From Thermoanaerobaculia bacterium (GTDB lineage Bacteria; Acidobacteriota; Thermoanaerobaculia; Multivoradales; Multivoraceae), in contig OZ246956.1 of NCBI GenBank assembly GCA_965232105.1, positions 20,101 through 84,100 of the forward strand: a DNA stretch of 64,000 nt, written 5' to 3'. This document shows, piece by piece, positions 46,911-54,485 of the stretch. Under the pieces are notes generated by a model. The model did not search any database. It was not told the origin of the DNA and saw only the letters and a program-made list of their open reading frames with translations. Every line of letters starts with the position of its first letter. Within the stretch, counting starts at the first letter, position 1. Made by a program: the position numbers and the translations under genes.

Positions 46911-47324
46911 TCAATCGGCCGGCGAAGCGAGTCGGGATCCCTGCCCGCCGATCACCTGCTCCGCCAACACCCGGCCGCCGATCAGGTGCTCCTGGATCAC
47001 CCGTTCCAGGACCTCCGGCGTGCAGCCCCAATACCAGACGCCCTCCGGGTAGACGACGGCGACCGGGCCGGCGTCGCAGATGCGCAGGCAGTTCGCCTTG
47101 GTGCGCATCACCGCGCCCGACTCGGTCAGGCCAAGTTCGACCAGCCGGCGCTTGAGGAAGTCCCAGGACTCCAGCGACACCTCCCGGTCGCAGCACTTCG
47201 GCTTCGTCTGGTCGCAGCACAGAAAGATGTGCCGCTGCACGTTGGCGATGCCGATGGCGTCGGCCTTGCGCCGGGCGCGGTCGAGCGCTTCGCGGTCCAT
47301 GGCAGCGATGATTCCATGACCCAT
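46911..47324 (-). CDS. Thioredoxin-like [2Fe-2S] ferredoxin
   Basis: ...[17 protein letters not shown]... and ...[23 protein letters not shown]... are the Cys clusters and fold signature of the family. The start is either 47324 (MGHG...) or 47300 (MDRE...). Confidence 0.72.
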   Translation of the reverse strand: MGHGIIAAMDREALDRARRKADAIGIANVQRHIFLCCDQTKPKCCDREVSLESWDFLKRRLVELGLTESGAVMRTKANCLRICDAGPVAVVYPEGVWYWGCTPEVLERVIQEHLIGGRVLAEQVIGGQGSRLASPAD

Positions 47325-47353
47325 GAAAGGAGGCCCGGCGATAGTCTGCCGGC

Positions 47354-47728
47354 ATGATGCTGTTCGAAGCCGCCTACCCGTTCCAGGACGACGTGCTTGC
47401 CCTGCCCGTCGAGGACCTCGACGCCACGGCACAGTGGTACGCGGACGCCTTCGGGCTGCACGAGGTCGATCGACGAGAAGAGCCCGTGCCAACGGTGATC
47501 CTCGAGCGAGACGGCGTGCGGATCGGCTTCGCGATCAATGGCGGCGACGCCAGCATGGACGGCGCGGCGATCCTGGTAAGCGACATCAAGGCGGCGCGAG
47601 CCGAGTTGAAGAGCAACGGCGTCAAGGTCAAGAACTGGCGCATCGACAAGCGCGACGGCAAGAAGTTCCGGGTCTTCTTCGTCGTCGCACCGGATGGGCT
47701 CTGCTACTACTTCCATCAAGAGGTCTGA
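47354..47728 (+). CDS. VOC/glyoxalase/bleomycin-resistance-fold protein
   Basis: ...[24 protein letters not shown]...[10 protein letters not shown]...[13 protein letters not shown]. Confidence 0.78.
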   Translation: MMLFEAAYPFQDDVLALPVEDLDATAQWYADAFGLHEVDRREEPVPTVILERDGVRIGFAINGGDASMDGAAILVSDIKAARAELKSNGVKVKNWRIDKRDGKKFRVFFVVAPDGLCYYFHQEV

Positions 47729-47837
47729 GCGGCTGGAGACCGCGGGCCCACGGCGGTCCCAAGTAGAATCGGCCTCGGCGAGGATCGCTGGAGGACCAGG
47801 CCGTCAGGATCGCAGAGGACCCTCGGAGACGTAGACC

Positions 47838-48173
47838 ATGCTCACGCTCCACCCCGAAGAACAGGTTTGGCTAGACGGGTACAGCCAAGCGCTGAAGCGC
47901 GAACACGCCGACGCCGTGCTGCGTCTGGTCATATACGGCTCCAAGGCGCGCGGCGACGCACACGGCGAGAGCGACATCGATCTCCTGCTGATCGTGCGGG
48001 ACGAGGCCGCCGACCTGATGCGGCCTCTCCGCCGGCTTGGCTACACCATGGCCGCCACCTCCGCTATGGCCCCCTCGATCCAGGCGTACACGGAAGGCGA
48101 ATGGGAATCGCTGAGAGGCCTCCGATCTCCCTACCGTGCCGCAGTCGAGCGGGAAGGGGTGACCGTTCTTTGA
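47838..48173 (+). CDS. Nucleotidyltransferase-domain (MNT) antitoxin
   Basis: ...LRLVIYGSKARGDAHGESDIDLLLIV... is GSxxRG...DxD. Overlaps the downstream HEPN gene start. Confidence 0.85.
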   Translation: MLTLHPEEQVWLDGYSQALKREHADAVLRLVIYGSKARGDAHGESDIDLLLIVRDEAADLMRPLRRLGYTMAATSAMAPSIQAYTEGEWESLRGLRSPYRAAVEREGVTVL

Positions 48174-48592
48174 ACCGCAAGCTCATCGGCGCGGAGTGGC
48201 AGCGCGCGCTGTCGTCCCTAAGCGCATCCCAAGTGCTCCTGGATACCGGCCACGTTGAGGACGCGATAACCCGGTCCTACTACTCCATCTTTCACGCAGC
48301 CAAAGCAGCCCTTGCGGTTCCCGAGATCGAGACATCCACGCACGCCGGCGTACGCAGCATGTTCGGCCTCCATCTGGTGAAGACCGCAGAGATCGAGCCC
48401 CATTGGGCCAGCGAACTCAGCGAGGGTCTCGACGATCGGATCCGGGCTGAGTACAACGCCTTCGCACACTTCTCCGACGAGGACGCTCGGGATGAGCACA
48501 ACCGGGCTATCGCGTTTCTCAGCCGCATCCGCCAGTACCTGCTGACGAAGGGTCTCCCGGAAAACGAGATCCCGGCGATCCCCGAACGGTGA
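48170..48592 (+). CDS. HEPN-domain toxin partner of the MNT gene
   Basis: TTG 48170 overlaps the MNT TGA. ...EDAITRSYYSIFHAAKAAL...HAGVRSMFGLHLV...LDDRIRAEY... fits the classical HEPN (PF05168-type) pattern. Confidence 0.82.
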   Translation: MNRKLIGAEWQRALSSLSASQVLLDTGHVEDAITRSYYSIFHAAKAALAVPEIETSTHAGVRSMFGLHLVKTAEIEPHWASELSEGLDDRIRAEYNAFAHFSDEDARDEHNRAIAFLSRIRQYLLTKGLPENEIPAIPER

Positions 48593-50334
48593 ACTCGGAA
48601 CCGCGACGACCGCGATCTCGTAGCGCCCTGCCAACGGGTCTGGCCATGGCAGCGGCGCTGTGCGTCGCGTCCTCGCCTGCCCCCGCACAGGACTTCGCGG
48701 AACTCCTGGAGATCCGCCGCGTCAAGGAAACGCTCGACCTGAGCCAGGTGCCGGAGCCGGATCTGTCGACCGTGCCCGCGGTCGACGCTCAACGTCTCCG
48801 CGACTACCGGGCGCTCACAGCGAACGGCCTGGAACATGCCCTGGAGCCCATGCAGGCGCAGTTGGCGGCGAACACCTTCGGCGATCTCTGCGCGCGCTAC
48901 CTGCACTACGAGCTTCACGAAGCGGCGGCGGCCTGCCTGGACCAACTCCGGGAACTGGCGCCAACCGACTTCCAATGGGCCTACTTCCAGTTGCTGTTGG
49001 CTATTGCGACCGGTGACCTGGAGGGAGCGCTCTCCAGCGCGGAGCAGGCGCTCGCGATCCGCGCCGACGATCCACCGACTCTGATCCGTCTGGCCGAGAT
49101 CCAGGTAGCGGCCGGCGACATAGACGCCGCCGAGGCCTCCTACGAGAAGGCGGTCGCGGCCTACCCCGAGAGCGCGACGGCCCGCGTCGGCCTGGGCTAC
49201 ATCGCCCTCGAGCGCGGCGACCCGGCGAAGGCGCTCCAGATCTTCCAGGAGGTTGCCGCGTCCCGGCCCGAGGGCAGCGAGGCGAATCACCACGTCGGCC
49301 TCGCCTACCGCGCCCTGGGCGATGCCGACCGTGCAGTCGAGGCGTGGCGGCTGAACCAGGATGTTCTGATCCCGATGTACGACCCGCTGCTCGAGCGCCT
49401 GCGGCCACTCGAGGAGGACGTGACGCTGCCGCTCGACCGCGCCGTCGCCGCCGCCGCCGAAGGCGACCACGCACGGGCGATCGAGCTGTACGAGGAGATC
49501 CTCGAAGCGAACGAGGCGGACCACGAGGCGCACTTCCGGTTGGCCGGCTCGCTGCTCGTGGTCGGCGAAGACGAACGCGGCGAACGGCACTTGCGCCGGG
49601 CCATCGCGCTCAACCCCGAGCACCCCGGCGCCCACTTCGCACTGGCGATTTTCCTCGCTCGCGAGGGGCGGCGCGCCGAGGGCGCACAGCACCTGGAACG
49701 GGCGGCCGACCTGGTGCCGGACAACCTGCCATGGCGGCTCCAGCGGGCGCAGATGCGGGCCGCGGCCGGCAACACGGCGGGAGCCATCGAGGAACTTGAG
49801 CAGGTCGTCGCCCTGGACCCCGGGATGATCGAGGCAAGGCGGATGTTCTCCGCCGTGCTGGTCGGCGCCGGTCGGGCGGACGAGGCAGCCACCCAGCTAC
49901 AGGCCCTGGTCGCTCTGACACCGGACGATCTGCAGGCGCGCTTCAACCTGGGACTCATGCTGTTCCAGACCGCACGCTACGCGGAGGCGCGCCGAGCGCT
50001 CGACGAAACGCTGCACCGCTTCTCCGCCGACATCGCGACGCGGCACCTCCTGGCGCGCCTGCTCGCCACCAGCCCCGAGGACGCGACGCGGGACGGCGCC
50101 CGGGCGGTCGAACTGGCGCAATCGGTCGCCTCTGAGCAGCCCCTGGTCGACCACCTCGAAACGCTGGCCATGGCGTTGGCCGAAACCGGGCGATTCGACG
50201 ACGCGGTCGCCGCGCAGCAGCGGGCGCTGGAGCGGGAACGGGCCGAAGCCGGCGGCAACTCGTCCCAGCGGCTTGATCGCCTCGCGCTCTACCAGGCCCG
50301 CCAGCCGTTGCGGGCGCCGCGGCGCCAGAACTGA
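48589..50334 (+). CDS. Secreted TPR-repeat protein
   Basis: GTGA overlap with the HEPN stop. N-terminal ...LAMAAALCVASSPAPAQ signal. Then >10 TPR units (...ATARVGLGYIALERGDPAKALQIF..., ...AHFRLAGSLLV..., ...AHFALAIFLAREGR...). Confidence 0.8.
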   Translation: MNSEPRRPRSRSALPTGLAMAAALCVASSPAPAQDFAELLEIRRVKETLDLSQVPEPDLSTVPAVDAQRLRDYRALTANGLEHALEPMQAQLAANTFGDLCARYLHYELHEAAAACLDQLRELAPTDFQWAYFQLLLAIATGDLEGALSSAEQALAIRADDPPTLIRLAEIQVAAGDIDAAEASYEKAVAAYPESATARVGLGYIALERGDPAKALQIFQEVAASRPEGSEANHHVGLAYRALGDADRAVEAWRLNQDVLIPMYDPLLERLRPLEEDVTLPLDRAVAAAAEGDHARAIELYEEILEANEADHEAHFRLAGSLLVVGEDERGERHLRRAIALNPEHPGAHFALAIFLAREGRRAEGAQHLERAADLVPDNLPWRLQRAQMRAAAGNTAGAIEELEQVVALDPGMIEARRMFSAVLVGAGRADEAATQLQALVALTPDDLQARFNLGLMLFQTARYAEARRALDETLHRFSADIATRHLLARLLATSPEDATRDGARAVELAQSVASEQPLVDHLETLAMALAETGRFDDAVAAQQRALERERAEAGGNSSQRLDRLALYQARQPLRAPRRQN

Positions 50335-50403
50335 GGAGCCCTTGAAGAGGAAAGCAGGAGGCGATCCCTTGCCTTCCGTTACCGCCCGGTTTACGCTTAT
50401 TGG

Positions 50404-53400
50404 ATGGCCGACGACGATCCCGTCAAACCCAAGGTCGACGTACCGGCCCGCAACATGGGGCTGTCCGGCTCGATGCGCAAGGGCAGCGACCTCGGCAAAC
50501 GCGGCGGCAACGGCCTGCTCGACGCCCGGGGCGAACCGAACCCCGGCTACGCCGCGCCGGGCGCGGTCAAGGAGCAACTCCGCCGGCGCCGGTTCCATAC
50601 TCCGCGGAAGCGCCGCCGCGGACCGCCCCCGCCCTATGCCGAACTCCACGCCGCGTCGTCGTTCTCCTTCCTGCGCGGCTCGTCGCAGCCCGAGGACCTG
50701 GTGGTGCGGGCGGCGGCGCTGGGGTTGCCGTCGGTCGCCCTGCTCGACCGGAACGGCGTCTCCGGCGCGCCGCGCTTCTACAAGGCGGCACGGGAAGCGG
50801 GGATTCGGGCCCTGGTCGGCGCCGAGGCGGTCATCGACCGGCCGCAGGCGTCCGCGGTCTCGCGGCAGCGCGAGGAGCGACCGGCCCTGGACGACGAGGA
50901 AACCCGGGTCCACCTGCTCGTGCGAAGCCGGCAGGGCTACCGCAACCTCTGCCGCCTGCTGACCGCCGGCGCGCTCAGCCGCCCCAAGGGTGAGGCCCGG
51001 ATCGACTGGACGCTGCTCGAGGAACACGCGGCGGGGCTCCACTGCCTGGCCGGTTCCAAAGCCGACCCGGTAGGACGCGCACTGGCCCGGGAGGGGCTGG
51101 ATGCGGCCAGCCGGCAACTCGAACGTCTGCACGCCGTCTTCCCCGGCCGCCTGCACGTGGAGCTCTCGAGGCACGGCATTCGCGCCGAGGAACACCGTAA
51201 CCAGGCCCTGGTCCGGCTGGCGGAGCGGCTACGGGCGCCCATCGTCGCCACCGGCGGCGTGCGCTACGCCGCGGCCCGCGACAAGCCACTCTTTGACCTG
51301 ATGACCGCGATCCGGCACCACGTGACGGTCGACGACGCCGGCGCCCGCCTCGCCCGCGAGCGCCAGCGCCGCCTGAGGGCGCCCAAGGAGATGCACCGGC
51401 TGTTCGCCGATCTGCCGCGGGCCGTCCATGCCGCGCACGAACTCGCCGCCGAGCTCGACTTCACCCTCGCCGACCTCGGCTACCGCTTCCCGGACTACCC
51501 CGTGCCCAGGGGCGAAACGGCGATCTCCTGTTTGCGCGAACTGACCTGGCGGGGGGCGCGGGAACGCTTCCGGCCGCTGACCGCCCGCGCCGGAGCGCAG
51601 CTCGAGAAGGAACTCGCGCTGATCGGGAAGCTCGACCTCGCCGGCTACTTCCTGATCGTCTGGGACATCGTCCGCTTCTGCAAGGAGCAGCGGATCTTCG
51701 CCCAGGGGCGCGGCTCGGCCGCCAACTCCGCCGTCTGCTACGCCCTGTCGATCACCGCGGTCGACCCGGTGAAGATGGACCTTCTGTTCGAGCGCTTCCT
51801 GTCCGAGGAGCGCGGCGAGTGGCCGGACATCGACCTCGACCTGCCGTCCGGCGACCAGCGCGAGAAGGTGATCCAGTACGTCTACCGGCGCTACGGCCGG
51901 CACGGCGCGGCGATGACCGCGAACGTGATCACCTACCGCGACCGGATGGCCGCGCGCGAGGCGGCCAAGGCGCTGGGGTGCTCGAAGTCCCAGGTCGACC
52001 GGCTGGCCAAGGGGCTGGGCCACTGGCATTCCGCCCCGGGACACAGCGACCTGTCCCGCGGCGACAGCAAGCAGATGGACGAGGAACTCACCGAGCTCGG
52101 GTTCGATCCCCGCGACCGGCGAATCCGGATCTTCGTCCGCCTGTGGCGGCAGCTTCAGAACCACCCCCGCCACCTGGGCCAGCACTCGGGCGGCATGGTG
52201 CTCTGCGCCGGCCGGCTGGACGAGATCGTGCCGCTCGAACCGGCGGCGATGGAGAACCGGGTGATCGTCCAGTGGGACAAGGACGACTGCGCCGACCTGG
52301 GGCTGATCAAGGTCGACCTGCTCGGCCTCGGCATGCTGAACGCGCTGGAGGAGGCGGTGCCCCTGATCCACCGTCACGAGGGCAAGGAGGTCGACCTCGC
52401 CCACCTGCCGCCCGACGACCCGGCAACCTACGAGATGATCTGCCGCGCCGACACGGTCGGGGTCTTCCAGATCGAGAGCCGGGCGCAGATGGCGTCCCTG
52501 CCACGCCACAAGCCGTACAAGTTCTACGACCTGGTGATCCAGATCGCGATCATCCGTCCCGGGCCGATCGTCGGCCGCATGGCTCACCCCTTCTTCGAGC
52601 GCCGGGTGGGCCGCGAGGAGGTCACCTACCCCCACCCGCTGCTCGAACCGATCCTGAAGCGCACCCTCGGCGTGCCGATCTTCCAGGAGCAGATCCTGAA
52701 AGTCGCGATGGTCGCGGCCGGCTTCTCCGGCGGCGAGGCGGAGGACCTGCGGCGCGCGATGGGCTTCAAGCGCTCCGTCGAGCGGATGCAGCAGATCGAG
52801 CAGCGGCTGCGCTCGGGGATGAACGAACGCGGCATCACAGGCGAAGCCCAGGAGCAGATCGTCAAGGCGATCACCTCGTTCGCGCTCTACGGCTTCCCCG
52901 AATCGCACTCCGCCAGCTTCGCCCTGATCGCCTACGCCAGCGCCTATCTCAAGCGCCACCACCCGACCGCCTTCTTCCTGTCGCTCCTGAACGCCTGGCC
53001 GATGGGCTTCTACCACCCGGCGACCCTGGTCCGCGAAGCGCAGCGCGCGGGCAGCACAGTACTGCCGATCGACGTGAACGAATCGGGGGTGAGATGCCGC
53101 TGGCAGGACCGGCCGGCGGACGCCGGCGAGCCGGAGCGGCCCGGCGAACCGCCCCCACCGGGCGCGATCCGCCTCGGGATGCGCTACGTCAAGGGAATGC
53201 GTCGCGAGGCGGCGGAACGGATCGAGGCCGAGCAGGCGGCGAGGCGGTTTGTGAGCATCGAGGACCTGGCCGAGCGCTGCCGCCTGCGCCGGAACGAACT
53301 CACGGCACTCGCGTCCATCGGCGCGTTGGGCGGGCTCGGCGATAGCCGGCTGGCGGAACAGCAGTCCTTCGGGTTCTCCCGCAACGGCCGGCGAAAGCAC

Positions 53401-53922
53401 GAGAGTCTCGGCCGGCGCGCCGCCCTCTGGCAGGCGGCCCAGGTCGAAAAGCCGAAGGGTCCCCTGTTCGCGGATCTCGGGACCGCCACCTCCTCGCCGC
53501 TCGACGAGATGACGCCGATGGAGGAGACCGCCGCCGATTTCGCCGTCGCCTCGATCACCACCGGGCCCCACCCGATGGAGTACTACCGCCGGGCGCTCGA
53601 CCGCCGCCGCGTCGTGACCGCCGCCGCCCTCCCCGACAAGCCCGCCGGCCGCCGCGTACGCACCGCCGGTTCCGTCATCGTCCGCCAACGCCCCGGAACC
53701 GCCCGCGGCCTCCTGTTCCTGACCCTGGAGGACGAGACCGGCATGAGCCAGGCCGTCGTCATGCCCGACCAGCTCAAGAAGCACCGGCGGGTGATCGTCT
53801 CCTCCTCCGGCCTGATCGTCGAAGGCGTGCTGCAGAAGAAGGACGGCTCCCTATCCGTCAAGGCGGACAAGTTCTGGCCCATCGACCGCCTGGAGCGGAT
53901 CCCGAGCCACGACTTCCGGTAG
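50404..53922 (+). CDS. dnaE2: Error-prone DNA polymerase DnaE2 (ImuC)
   Basis: ...YAELHAASSFSFLRGSSQPEDLV... is the PHP domain start. ...GYFLIVWDIVRF...GRGSAANSAVCYALSIT...PDIDLDL..., ...FQIESRAQM..., C-terminal OB region. About 78 aa precede the conserved start, so the true start may be an internal Met. Confidence 0.95.
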   Translation: MADDDPVKPKVDVPARNMGLSGSMRKGSDLGKRGGNGLLDARGEPNPGYAAPGAVKEQLRRRRFHTPRKRRRGPPPPYAELHAASSFSFLRGSSQPEDLVVRAAALGLPSVALLDRNGVSGAPRFYKAAREAGIRALVGAEAVIDRPQASAVSRQREERPALDDEETRVHLLVRSRQGYRNLCRLLTAGALSRPKGEARIDWTLLEEHAAGLHCLAGSKADPVGRALAREGLDAASRQLERLHAVFPGRLHVELSRHGIRAEEHRNQALVRLAERLRAPIVATGGVRYAAARDKPLFDLMTAIRHHVTVDDAGARLARERQRRLRAPKEMHRLFADLPRAVHAAHELAAELDFTLADLGYRFPDYPVPRGETAISCLRELTWRGARERFRPLTARAGAQLEKELALIGKLDLAGYFLIVWDIVRFCKEQRIFAQGRGSAANSAVCYALSITAVDPVKMDLLFERFLSEERGEWPDIDLDLPSGDQREKVIQYVYRRYGRHGAAMTANVITYRDRMAAREAAKALGCSKSQVDRLAKGLGHWHSAPGHSDLSRGDSKQMDEELTELGFDPRDRRIRIFVRLWRQLQNHPRHLGQHSGGMVLCAGRLDEIVPLEPAAMENRVIVQWDKDDCADLGLIKVDLLGLGMLNALEEAVPLIHRHEGKEVDLAHLPPDDPATYEMICRADTVGVFQIESRAQMASLPRHKPYKFYDLVIQIAIIRPGPIVGRMAHPFFERRVGREEVTYPHPLLEPILKRTLGVPIFQEQILKVAMVAAGFSGGEAEDLRRAMGFKRSVERMQQIEQRLRSGMNERGITGEAQEQIVKAITSFALYGFPESHSASFALIAYASAYLKRHHPTAFFLSLLNAWPMGFYHPATLVREAQRAGSTVLPIDVNESGVRCRWQDRPADAGEPERPGEPPPPGAIRLGMRYVKGMRREAAERIEAEQAARRFVSIEDLAERCRLRRNELTALASIGALGGLGDSRLAEQQSFGFSRNGRRKHESLGRRAALWQAAQVEKPKGPLFADLGTATSSPLDEMTPMEETAADFAVASITTGPHPMEYYRRALDRRRVVTAAALPDKPAGRRVRTAGSVIVRQRPGTARGLLFLTLEDETGMSQAVVMPDQLKKHRRVIVSSSGLIVEGVLQKKDGSLSVKADKFWPIDRLERIPSHDFR

Positions 53923-53926
53923 AAAC

Positions 53927-53982
53927 ACTGGGTGCGCCGGCCTTCTGGCCGGCATCAGGCGGAATGCCGCGAAGCGGCCAGC
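53927..53982. repeat. 56-nt REP-like intergenic element (copy 2), 5 nt after the dnaE2 stop
   Basis: See 29492-29547. actgggtgcgccggccttctggccggcatcaggcggaatgccgcgaagcggccagc. Confidence 0.8.
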
Positions 53983-54066
53983 GAAGACGTTCCGCGCCCC
54001 CGTGGGAACGCTGGCACCCCGTAGCTCCCGCGCCACCGCCTTGACACGGAACGTGTCCTTGCTACG

Positions 54067-54255
54067 GTGCCGCTCATGGTTCCCGAAGGCGCAGACCGCG
54101 CCCCTGCCGGCCTGGATGTGGAGGCCCGACTGCGGCTCTTCGACGCGGCAACGGCGCGCCAGGAGGCGCGTCAGGCCCGGCGACGAGCGCCCGTCCACGC
54201 CAGCGAGTGGACACGGGAGGAACTCTACGAACGCGGTCGCTCGCGTACTGATTGA
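54067..54255 (+). CDS. Possible small antitoxin-like ORF upstream of the PIN remnant
   Basis: The 62-aa ORF ends ...SEWTREELYERGRSRTD and overlaps the start of the PIN-like reading frame. Weak call based on position only. Confidence 0.3.
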   Translation: MPLMVPEGADRAPAGLDVEARLRLFDAATARQEARQARRRAPVHASEWTREELYERGRSRTD

Positions 54256-54448
54256 CACGAACGTCCTCGTCTATCGCTACGACCATCGCTTCCCGAAGAA
54301 GCAGTCGATGGCTTCCCTGTCCTGGTTCGACGCCCACCTGTGGGCCTACGCCGAAGTCCACGGCCTGCCTGAACTCCTGTCCGAGGACTTTCAGCACGGC
54401 CGCATGTATGGAACGGTCACCGTACGCGATCCGTTCCGCGACCCCTGA
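54242..54448 (+). pseudogene. Truncated PIN-domain (VapC-like) remnant
   Basis: ...RVLIDTNVLVYRYD... (PIN N-terminal Asp motif) and ...DAHLWAYAEVHGLPELLSEDFQHG... (C-terminal motif) are only ~40 aa apart. The central part is missing and no canonical start codon is present. Confidence 0.45.
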
Positions 54449-54485
54449 CCTGCCGGAACTGCGGGGAAGCCGGTCCGCCGGGCTC

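Noticed and set aside
48292-53784. Long minus-strand ORFs (466, 432 and 851 aa) and the 508-aa plus-strand alternate frame over the TPR and dnaE2 genes
   Set aside because: dnaE2 and the TPR gene have unambiguous motifs in their own frames, and these alternatives are low-complexity shadows.
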